From contig DF237251.1 of NCBI GenBank assembly GCA_000708835.1, positions 43,683 to 107,682 on the forward strand: a stretch of DNA of 64,000 bases, in the 5' to 3' direction. Positions 41,001 through 51,618 of the stretch are shown one piece after another; the stretch's first letter is position 1; each line of letters starts with the position of its first letter. Origin of the DNA: Klebsormidium nitens (taxonomy: Eukaryota; Plantae; Klebsormidiophyceae). The notes beneath the pieces are model-generated. The model had not been told where the DNA came from and did not search any database. It worked only from the letters and a program-made list of their open reading frames with translations. A program made the translations under genes and the position numbers.

Positions 41001-42089
41001 CCAGGAACCTCAAAGGACAGCGGTTCCGTTCCGTTCAAAGTCACACCGGAACCCAGCTTCCGGGGCAGCGGCGAGTACGCCACTGCCGTACGGAACTGGA
41101 CTCCTGCATCGTTACAGTCGACAGCCAGGTTGCCGCCATCGCGAGCCTGCAAAAGCGGGGGGCCAGGGCTGGAGACGAACGGAAAGGGACAACGGAAGCG
41201 CTTGCCGGTGTCACCTAGAGTCAGTGTGTCTCGAGTTTGGATGCGGTTAGCTTGTTGATTTGTACTCAGACCAGAGACCACACCGTGCATTCAAGGCAAT
41301 CTTGCCCCGAGCGCAGCACTTTGGTCATGAGGGGATCCTTCGAAGCTTGAAAGGATAGCTTGTGTTAAAGAAGAAGAACGAGAGACAACTCATGGTCAAT
41401 GGCTGAAATGACAAAGCTGGGCAGATTGTTCGTCAGAATCTGAGATTGGGTTAGCCAGAGATTCGAATAGGGCTAGATTACTAAACGAGCCGAGAATGCA
41501 AGTAGAACCTGTATTGTTTTGGCGAAGTCGATTCCCAGGATCCTAGGAGCGTGGCTTAAGCAGGTTGGCCCGTCGCTGAAAAGCTATGGAAGATACCCTT
41601 CGCTCGGTTCTCACCACGAAGCGTCCAGCCAACGGGGGAATGGCCACCAACGCCTCTGACAGCTTGATGCGGCATGTGGACGCAAATGTTTCGAAGTTTG
41701 TCTCTGCAAAAAGAAACCAAGCAGGCCAACCTTTGTGTTGAATAGTGTGAACAAACACATCAGGCACCAAGTGGTGGGAAAGAGAAGCGTTGGTGACTCG
41801 TTCTGCAGCCAGCAACATTGGCGAGCTTTGTCCCGATGAGGCTCCACACCTTCTTGACGTCTGCTTGTGAAAGACGCAGGGTAAAAATGCAAGATGCATG
41901 GTTTCCACATAACCGATAGTTGACTTTCCGGCATGGGGCCTGTTTCCACTTACCTTTTGGTAGCGGTGGCAAAAAGACGAGGAAGGGGGGGTGGTATGTG
42001 CGGCAGCGCCACATACAGTCCACAACGGACAGCCCCACCGCATGGCGCTTCGTGGGGGTGGCGGGCTGGACCAACACGGTGTTCAACAC
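38069..42089 (-). CDS. BAHD-family acyltransferase-like protein with non-canonical motifs, multi-exon
   Basis: N-terminal VQPATPT..GLSVVD; VPLLLMQV|THF..CVSFGFHPMFTDGWG; STDDALSALLWRSITAAR; GYVGN; ASLDLGFGQP (DFGWG variant). The 5' start is not resolved. Confidence 0.8.
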
Positions 42090-42499
42090 ACGACATAGTG
42101 GCGCCGCACGAGTACGTGCAGGGGACAGGGCCCCTTAATAGCAGGACTACGGAAATATCCGACATATATGTTCGACTGGCCCGGGTTCGCGGCCGCGGCG
42201 CCCCCCCTCGATCGGGCCCAGTTGGCGCGACCTTACATTTCCACCCAACTCCGCCCCGGGCGTTGCACTTCAGGCATAGCCTATGCGCCATAAGGCCATG
42301 GCAGCCGTTACCGTTCTCCTTTTAGCCGTTCCCGCTCACTCCGAGTTGGGCTGCAGGACCAGGTATTTTGAGCTACCTATACTAGTTGCCAGCGGTCTCA
42401 TCCTAGCTGCCCAAATCTAGATTTGCGTCGCCTCGCTCAGGAGTCAGGGACACTTCTGCCAGAAGTTTTGGACGTCACCGTTGCTTTCTTCAAGGCGTT

Positions 42500-43600
42500 T
42501 CTGTTTTCGAAATGCTGATTGCAATGCTGCCTTGTCTCCTGACTTGTCTCCTGTAACTTGCTTCTCGAGAGTTCCAGGGCTGACTTGAAAATTCAGGTCA
42601 ACCAGGTCGCTAGTCAGAGGTGGCGCTGGCGAGGTCTGGCACGTTGCGGCAGGTCTTGGACCTGCCTGATTCTTCCCGACGTTTCTCGAAGAAGGCAGAA
42701 GATTCTTGCTGAGTCAGCAGCCTGATGACTCAGCACAGCTGGCGCCGGCACCCAATGGCGCTCTCTGGCACCCTCTGGCAGCATTCTGAGCTCGATTTTA
42801 TGGGTTGTCAGGGTCTTTCTCTTCATTTCTTGACAGAACAAAGGGTCCAAATCTGGAGGGAGCTCTGGACCAAGCTCGGAAGCTGGCAACCTGCGTTCAG
42901 CGCTTGGTGCATGCAGGCGCGTGGACATGCTCAGGTAAGAGCGACTTCCTTCTCATTCTTTCTGACAATGCCGAGGGCCTGTGCTATGTGCTCCAGAATG
43001 GATGCTTTCCAAGTCTCAAAGAGGGGGCGCTGGGCTGATGTCCAAAGTCGGGGCTAGCCCCTGCTTGTTCTTTTGAAGGGGGCTGCCCCCTCGCAGCACC
43101 AGGGCTGCCCTTAAAGATCGGGGTCAGCCCCTGCTTTCTTCCGTGGAGGAAACTGCCCCTTCACAGCGCCAAGGCTGCCCTCCAGAGCCAGGGGCAGCCC
43201 CTGCTTTTCAATGATTGGGGGCTGCCCCCTCGCAGTGGTTGCCTGGTTAGCAACTTAGAAACGTGTTTGTAGGCAACTCAATTCAATGATATATTCCACA
43301 TGCATTCATGGGCATATGCATCTTGTGCAGGCTGATTGCTCTGCGACAACAGAGTGTGTGGACTGCCGCGTCGCGCCCCAGACTTTATGGTGAAGCTCTT
43401 GTTCCCGGGCTTGTCTGGTTCTGCAGCTGCCCAGCCCTGCATGCTTTCAGGCCTATGCTTCCAAAGTGGGACTCCTTCAGCCGTTGCCTACATCAAATGC
43501 TCACATGAGCTCAATCGCTCATTAGTGCGCCCCCAAACTCCGAGGAATCTCTTGATTGTTGTTCCCTCATGTTTTTGCAGCAGATGGCAGAGACGCCCGT
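42500..43600 (+). pseudogene. Diverged relic copy of the upstream region of the large primase-helicase gene (paralogous to ~50180-51300)
   Basis: QHSWRRHPMALSGTLWQHSELDFMGCQGLSLHFLTEQRVQIWRELWTKLGSWQ (42725-) aligns with QYSWRWHAMALFGILQQNSELALMGSNGPHTHFSERERVNFWKELCDELRRWQ (50403-). Both end at an equivalent CAG|GT donor, and DNA similarity extends upstream. Confidence 0.6.
43050..43236. repeat. ~70-bp tandem repeat x2.6 with short GC palindromes
   Basis: Units start at 43050, 43120 and 43191, with motifs GGGGCTAGCCCCTGCTT and GGGGGCTGCCCCCTCGCAG. Confidence 0.75.
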
Positions 43601-44041
43601 CACACCTCAACAACATGAACCAGCGGCGTCGTACTCTGATTAGATGAGCACGCTTGACTCAAGCGCTGCTTGCGTTCTCATTGTCCACTTCCACCTCCTA
43701 CGGTCTAGATCCACTTTTGTGTCGTGTCGCCGACTGCGCGTACTCGAGGATTCCGTCGAGGCGCTCTAGTGGAGCGTTGTAATCTGCAGATCTATCATTT
43801 GGCAATGCGTTTGGACCCATCGTCTCGGTCTTCATTTTAAATCAGGGAGCACTCCGTTTGTATCTGGATTCACGTCATCTAAAGAAGCCTTCGCTTTGGG
43901 TTTGTTCCAGGATTATCGATCTCTCTTGCAACGTTCGATTAGATTTAAGCTCCTTTACCGCTGATCAAGATTCACCCAAGCCTTTACGTACTGAGCAAGC
44001 AGAAAGTCTTGCTTGCGTGGCTGATGCCGCTTTCGTGTCAC

Positions 44042-44113
44042 AGGTTCACATTCGGCTTCTTTTCTAGGTTTCCATTCGGCTTCTTTTCTAGATTCACATT
44101 CGGCTTCGTTTCT
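44042..44113. repeat. 24-bp tandem repeat x3
   Basis: aggttcacattcggcttcttttct / aggtttccattcggcttcttttct / agattcacattcggcttcgtttct. Confidence 0.9.
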
Positions 44114-46237
44114 AAGTTCTGCTCCTACGTTGGCACCATTCTCTGCTTTCTCCCCCACGACCCACAGCCGGTAAGCCATTTTCCAGCTTCTCGTTTCGTC
44201 AGTTACCTCCTTCTCGTTCCTTTGGGGCCCGTTGATTGTCAGTGATGTGTTCTCGCTGACTTTTGGGATTAGGCCCCGACAACTTTGCAGATTACCTAGC
44301 AGCGTACGGAGATGGTAAGCAAAGTGTCCCATGCGCGAGCCTCTAGTAAAGTTTCACGAGCCATGGGACTCTCCATGCTTGGTTTTAGGAGCCTGTCGAT
44401 TCAGTCGGAATGGCTGTCGGTAAGCACCTGGCATCCCCCCAGTCCGCCGTCGAAGAACCTCTTTGAAGTTCATGCAATCGAGTGCACAAAGAGCAGGCTT
44501 TCATCCATTGCGTTTGACCTATAAGGCGCCTTGCCCCACTGGAAGCAGTGTCAAGGAGCAGCAGGTAGAAGAATCCCTGGCGACTTTGACACAACTGCGT
44601 GCACAAATCGCAGCAGGCAGGCATCAGTGGCCCTTTCACTCTGAGCAGTGTTGCGTACTTTTGCAGGGCCGGGACCATTTCGGAGGCTTTGGACCAATCA
44701 CCAGATGGTTCGTTGACTTTTTTCACGTGCTCTGTTGGGAGCCGAGCGACATCCTAATCTCTCAGGTATATAGTGCGGAGAAAACCCATCAAGCTTTGCA
44801 ACTTATTGCAGAGGGTACGGATCCGGAAGAGGCATCTTACAACGATTGTTCATAGATAGCTGAGGCCGCACGTGGAATGAGTGCGCAAGGATCAAATTGT
44901 CTCTCAATTCAATGAGGTGATCTTTCCCATCAACCTTCTGACGAGGGTCAAAAGGCTGCGTAAAAACAGTATCCGGACGGAGTCGGTCTGGTCGAGCCTA
45001 TCCTGCAATTGGTTCGTTACCTAGAAAGTCAGCATAGCTGTAAGGATGTATTTGACCCTTAGTGCCACCTACTCTCTTTCAAGTTCTCCATGGCACAATA
45101 CATTGATGCGAACAACAGTGTTCTTGATCGAACGGATTATTCGGCTTGCCTGGATTACTCGGCTTTCCTGGTACACTGAATCGGCTTGCCTCGATCAATT
45201 TAGGGTGCAGCGCAGATTGCATCACTTATCAAAGGGTAACAGGTTGCAGTACGTTGTTCATTAATGGTGCGGCCGGATTGGTAAGCATGGGAAGTTCGTT
45301 TTTCGATATGTACAAATGGTCGAAAGAGCATATTTATGCACGATTCCGAAGATGCCAAGATTGTTAGACTGATTATATGATCGATCGAGCTAGCGGCAAA
45401 TGTGCAAGCTTGCACGTTAGCTATAGCTAGGCTGGCCCGGACAGCTAGGCTCGAACTACTGCCAGCGCTGCATACATGCCATGATGAGGATCTAGCGCTA
45501 CAGTAGCTACATAATTCTGAACAACGTCCGCACTGCGATCATTGTAAGACAAACAGGTGGCATGCCATGCTAATATCGAACCATGCATAGTATGCAGCGA
45601 CTCGGATCGTTCTCAATATCAGCTCTAGCTAGATGCATGCATACGCACTACATATAGCATGTGCAAGAAATTTGCAAAAACGACCTCCCCTGGCGTAAGT
45701 TTGGTGCATTGCATGCTATATTTGTTCTTACATGCATATCACTATAACTGCACCTATATACATCCCGTACTCAATAGGAGGTTGATAACCTTAACGAGCA
45801 TGTTATGAGAATTAAGGATGGTGGCATGCACTTGACTAAGGCTCGATCCAGGCCCAGTAACTATACCAGATAAGATGAGTCATGCAACCCAATGATGGGC
45901 CAGAAACGTGTTGCACCACTAGTAAGCACTTGAGAGACGGTTTTGAGATTTGACGCAGCCATGGAAGTTCAAGGACTCCGAATTCATTCGTTTGGACGCA
46001 GCGTCGTATAGATGGCCGAATCTGTCTACAAAAACGAGTCCTATCACCACATGTGAGGCGAGTCTGCAGGGCGCTATGGTTGATATCTCACAGGAACTTG
46101 TCGGAGCGAACGACATTAAGCTGCTGATGCTCAACGAGTTCCAAAGTAGAATGACCCGTGCGTTCACTGCCTCTTCAAAGAGGCTGGGCTGGACTTAGAA
46201 GCAGTACTTTTATCTAACTAGAAATGAGCCTTGAGCT

Positions 46238-49200
46238 TCAGCGCACAGTTTCCTCTGCCTCCGCAACCAGCTCTAGCAACAACTTCTTCTCTAGAAGCTG
46301 GTCCTCTTCTGGTGCGGTTTCTTGCACGGACTCGAAATCACACAGGATAACATGATCCTTGTCAACCAGCAGGTTGTTGAGGGAGAGGTCCCCATGAAGG
46401 AGACGCGCCGCATGGAATCGGTCAAGTGCGCTTGTAGCTGCGGCAACTATTGCAGGCGTTCTCGCCGTGTCCTCCAGAGGGGCACCTGCAATCGAAAATA
46501 TCTTTAAAAACGAAGACTCTAGTTCCAAAATCAACACATCGCTTCAAGAAAAGCGGAAAAGCGGCAGAAGCAAAAGCATGCAATGCATACAAGCAAAGCT
46601 TCCTGACGACGAGCAAGAGCAAGGAAAGGCAAGGAAAGACGCGGCCAGCATGCGTTGCTTTTGAAGACATCCCTCGACAGAACGGTCAAGAACGGTCAAT
46701 ATGGAGCTTGTATGCACGGTCAATATGGAGCTTGTATGCAGAAGACTACTGTAAAGAGCGGCTCACCTTCATATGAGAGCGCGAGGAAGGGTGTCCCCGA
46801 ATGGGGCAGCAGGCCGTACTTGATCAGGCGGGGGATCACTTGTCCCTGCAGCGCCGCGTACTCGCTGCTCGTGTACAGCGCAAACTCGCGCTCCAAGGCG
46901 TCAGCTGATGCTCTCCTCCGCAGTTCGTACTTTTTTATGACGACGGGCTCCCCGTTGATACTCCCCTGCAAAGCAAAGGGTGGCATATTTCCAAAAAACG
47001 CCCAAATCTCCGAGGATGTCTAGAAGCAGATAAGGTTCAATGTTGTGCTTAAAAGTCAGCTTATTTGTTGGTTAACGCACATCGTCTAAGCACACACAAA
47101 GCACCTTAAGTAACTCAGGCTTCGCCAGACAAGTCAAACCATAGCGCCTCCTTTGGCCCCGCCCTCTCCTTATGCTGCATAGACCAGAGAGGACAGGGGG
47201 CCGGATATAAACGCGCACTTTTTGTAAATCTACACTCTGTGCATTGGTCTGATAAACTTCTCAGTCAAGCTGCCAGATGTTTTTGTCTGCTGGCAGCTTC
47301 GAGCAGTTCTAACGGTGGCGCAGTTGAAGGGAGACTGCTCCATCATTCCTGCTGCTTGTGCTTCTTCAACTTTTCAGACAACCAACTCAATGCTTGCCTA
47401 ACCCTGCTTTATGGACTTTGATGGATCGATCCGTCACCTCCCTCATGTGGAAGTTTCCGTAGATTTTGGAGAACAACAGACTCGTATGCTGGTTGGAAGC
47501 AAAAGTGCCGTGAGGCCAGAGGGGGAGTGCAGGAGCCTCTTTGTCCGTCCAATCACCTCGAAGAGGCTGCACACATATGGAGGCACCCACAAATGAAGGC
47601 AAAAATGCAGACAGGGTACACATCTGATGTAGTAACATCTTGCCCCTTTTTTCCTAGAATCATAAGAAAAGTTTGGAGACTCACGAAGATGAGGTTGCCA
47701 TGGCGACCGCTTGCCACTAGGGTTCCTTTGTACCCTATGCTGCCAAAACTTGTGACCTGGAAATCTTCCAGACTCGTTGCCCTTCTTTTCCGCTTCCCTG
47801 AAGTTGGTCGGGGAGTTGGTGCCTTCACAGAGAACGGGAGAGGCCTCCTGCAATGGATAACAAGCAAGACATGTGTAAGAAGCTCTGCATGGTACTCTCA
47901 AGAGAAAGCCGGACTTGCAAAAGAGCGCAGGCCTACAGATCTGTGATGCAGATTGCCAAGCTCTATCTGCGCTTCCAAGCTGTCTGAAGACTGGTCTTGC
48001 TCACAAAACCTGATTACTATGCTGAATGCAAGAGGCTTCATCAGCTCTAAATACAACACAACCAAGTCCCAAACCTGCAGGTTCTCAGCTGCATGGCCCG
48101 TCATTGTGCAGGGTCTAAACAAATTTGAATCAGGTCGCAAACCAACTATTGCTTCATAGACTACAAACAGCTACAAATTGATGCTCACGTGACTCTGCCT
48201 CGAGTGGTACTTGTTGGCAACTGAGCGACGGTGTAGCCCGCGACTGACGTGACTGGCACATCATCACGTGGCAGCCGGTCCTTCAGCGCCCTCCCCTTCC
48301 AGCACAGATCCAGGAATGTACAGGTTGCTGCGATCAGGCTGGGGGATCCCTCGTCTTGCCAATAAATTCGTGAGCAAAACAGGGTCTTTTTGAGCACGTC
48401 AGGATGGCGCGCCAGGAAGACGATTGCTTCATAAGTGGAGAGCATTCCAAATGGGGCCTCATCTTCCACCATGTCACCAAAAAGCTGCTGCAGGGCCAGT
48501 TCCACCTGCTTTCGCTTCCTTGGGTCCCTCAACAAGAGCTCGATGGAGTCGCCCTTGACCAGTTTCAGCTGCCAGTTCCCTTTGACCTCCACAGGGCCGA
48601 GAACCAGGTCACTACTCTGCGGACGGGCTTGCCCAAGCAAAGATCTGATGGCGACTACTTGGTCTGTATCGGATGCTGACCGCCCTGAGCCTCCTGACAC
48701 AAGAACTGCTCCACACCCCACCGTCTCAACAATTGCGTTCGCTACATTAGCTACATAGGTCATGAGAGGGGCTTCCACCGTCCCCTCTTTTGCGGCAGGG
48801 CTGAGTGGCTTTGCCCCTTCCTGGACACCTTGCTGGAGTTTCTGGAAAAGCAGATACTGGTCATCCAAGGAATTTACAAAATCATCCACTTTCCCTTCAA
48901 ACTCATTCCAAGGGAGAACTTCCTCGAAGGTCCTCGCATGTTGAGGTTGTGTTTTTGAATGAGACCGACGCGGGGATGTTCGAGCTGCAAGCTGTGGTGG
49001 CACCTGTTTTGCTGCTTGACGAGCAGTCAGACGACCCACAGAAAGCACGGACCGGACGCGACGAGGCACATCGTCTAGAGGAGCACCCTCCAAACAGAGT
49101 TGAAAAACAACCGATGTCGCTGGATCTTTCAAACAGTCCAATGCTGCGCTTTTTTCCCCAGGGTGTAGACCGGTGGAAGACTGGATTAGGTGCTCTTCAC

Positions 49201-49284
49201 GGGACGCCATGCTTCCGTGCGCTTTCCACCATAAATCTTCCTGCAGAGCAGTCTGACTGTCCGAGCCATTGGCTGCGAACCTTC
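46238..49284 (-). CDS. Crinkler/CR-effector-like PD-(D/E)xK restriction-endonuclease-fold domain fused to an atypical protein kinase; at least 4 exons, 5' end in gap
   Basis: REase-like TDQVV..GPVEVKGNW..ALQQLFGDMVEDEAPFGMLSTYEAIVFL. Spliced kinase: LVASGRHGNLIF|GSINGEPVVIKKYE..LQGQVIPRL..LALSYEG|APL..LLHGDLSLNNLLV..VILCDFES. Intron phases 2, 0 and 1 are all compatible. Confidence 0.8.
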
Positions 49285-49669
49285 NNNNNNNNNNNNNNNN
49301 NNNNNNNNNNNNNNNNNNNNNNNNNNNNNNNNNNNNNNNNNNNNNNNNNNNNNNNNNNNNNNNNNNNNNNNNNNNNNNNNNNNNNNNNNNNNNNNNNNNN
49401 NNNNNNNNNNNNNNNNNNNNNNNNNNNNNNNNNNNNNNNNNNNNNNNNNNNNNNNNNNNNNNNNNNNNNNNNNNNNNNNNNNNNNNNNNNNNNNNNNNNN
49501 NNNNNNNNNNNNNNNNNNNNNNNNNNNNNNNNNNNNNNNNNNNNNNNNNNNNNNNNNNNNNNNNNNNNNNNNNNNNNNNNNNNNNCGGTACACGACATAT
49601 ATGCGAACCTTCGACCAAAACCTAGCGAGACCTACCGTACCCATCTAACAATGTAACAATTTCAACGTA

Positions 49670-49935
49670 CCGTATCAATTTTGAATTTCGTCGTTCACGG
49701 TGCCGAATGATTAATTACAAGTTGAATATTGCTTTCGGCAGTCCGACAGATACTTTTCGGACGGTTCGGCACAGTACCGGATCACGCGGTCAAAATGCTC
49801 ACAATGCTGCTGAAATGACGTTTTTGCTGTCTCAAACATATTCCAACTTTTCGGCACAGGGTCTCCATATTCTCCGAAATATTTCGGCAGGGCAAATAAT
49901 TATTTATTTTTTGCCGAAATTAAAAATTGATACGG
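49670..49935. mobile_element. Tc1/mariner(pogo)-type MITE, 266 bp, AT-rich
   Basis: TA|CCGTATCAATTTTGAATTTCG ... CGAAATTAAAAATTGATACGG|TA: 21-bp TIR with 1 mismatch and a TA duplication. Confidence 0.8.
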
Positions 49936-51618
49936 TATAAGAAAACCAGTTGGCGCGACATTGCAACCCAGCCCCGGGCGTCGCCTGCTGTATAAGCTAT
50001 TAGCCATGACTGCTCAAAGGGCCCAGCATTCACCATTACCGCGCTCTGGTGAACCGTTTCCATGTCACCACGGGCCAGCCTGCTGGCTTCCTGTCCAAAA
50101 TCAAAGCACTCCCTCCTCAGGCTCAGCAGAGCAGAGCAGCGAGGTGATGCTTCAGGTTGCTCGTGTGGGCACATCACGGCGTCTGCCAGCTTTAAAATGC
50201 TGGCTGCATTGGTACCATGCCTTCTTGAAATTGCTTCTAGAAGTTTCGAAAGGTGACTCAGAATCCAGGTCACCAAGGACAGGTGGCGCTGGCAAGGTGT
50301 GGCGCTTTGCGGCGTGCTGCGGCAGATCTTTAACCAGCTTGCATTGCAGCCAAGTGTCCTGCCATGTGGCCCTGAAGATGCTTCTCTGAGTCAGCAGCTT
50401 AGGTGCCTCAGTACAGCTGGCGGTGGCACGCAATGGCGCTCTTCGGCATCCTGCAGCAAAATTCGGAGCTTGCTCTGATGGGGTCCAACGGTCCCCACAC
50501 TCATTTTTCAGAAAGAGAAAGGGTAAACTTCTGGAAGGAGCTCTGTGACGAGCTCAGGAGATGGCAGTCTGTGGTTGGTGCGCCGTGTACGCACGCATCT
50601 GGACAGCGTCAGGTGAGAGTCTTGCTTTGGTAGCTCTCTGACGCAACCTTCAAGCACAACCTGTACATATCTGTGTGACAGCAATGAAGTTGGGTTTGGC
50701 ATGTCTGCTGTGAGTGGATGTTCTCGATCTGGAAGAAGGGGCTCGTTGTCAAAGCATGAACTCATCAGTGCGACTGGGTCAGCCTGACTTTTGTGGTCAT
50801 CACCAACATGCAGTGAGTTTGGTAAGCAATGGGCATACGCATACTGGCAAGAACCATGCATAAGAGGGCTGACTTCCATAGGTTTCCAGATGCAAGTTCT
50901 GCAGTCAGCATGGGTGACAAGTCGATGAGGGTGAGAATTGCAGTGATCTGAGCCTTGATATGCTGCTGTTGGGTTGAAAGCTGAACCTACCTATGTTATG
51001 CATGCAGGCTGAATGCCCACTAACAGCAAAGAGCGTAGTCAGTAGCGCTGCGCACCAGCCCTTGAGGTAAGCCCTTTGCTTAGGCTTCTATGCTCGTGTG
51101 GCATGCGGACCTGCGCACTTGTACATTGACAGGATTCTGCGCCAAAGTGGGACTCATTTATCTGATGTCTACACTTGAGATTCAGTTGCTTGTCATGCAT
51201 TCTGAGACTCCGAGGGGTCTGCTGAGCAATCATTGTCCCTGTTCTGCAACAGATGGAAGAAAAACCGCTGCAACGCAAGTCGGCAGCCGCGGTGTGTAAG
51301 AGCAAGGCAGGCGACCATGCTGCTGATCTGGGCTCTTTCTCTGTGGTGAGCCCTTGATTGTTGGGAATATGATGCACTGATAGACTCTGCCATGAGCACA
51401 TGGTTAGGTCCGAGGATTTGAGGGCTTAGGATGCTATTTGTTGCAGATTGTCAGGTTGCTTCGCGTTGTGGTCGTTGATGGACAGGGATTCAGATGGTGT
51501 GCAGTAGCTCATAGGTGCGTTTCTGCAGAACCTGAGGTGCAAACTGTATAATTGTCAGAAGGGCCCACGCCCCTCACGCTTCCTCAGATGCATGCTGACA
51601 CGTCAATTCCTCCCGCAG

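Noticed and set aside
48185-49656. Long ORFs containing X runs (also 56165-56729)
   Set aside because: Their length is inflated by N-gaps; only the flanking real sequence was interpreted.
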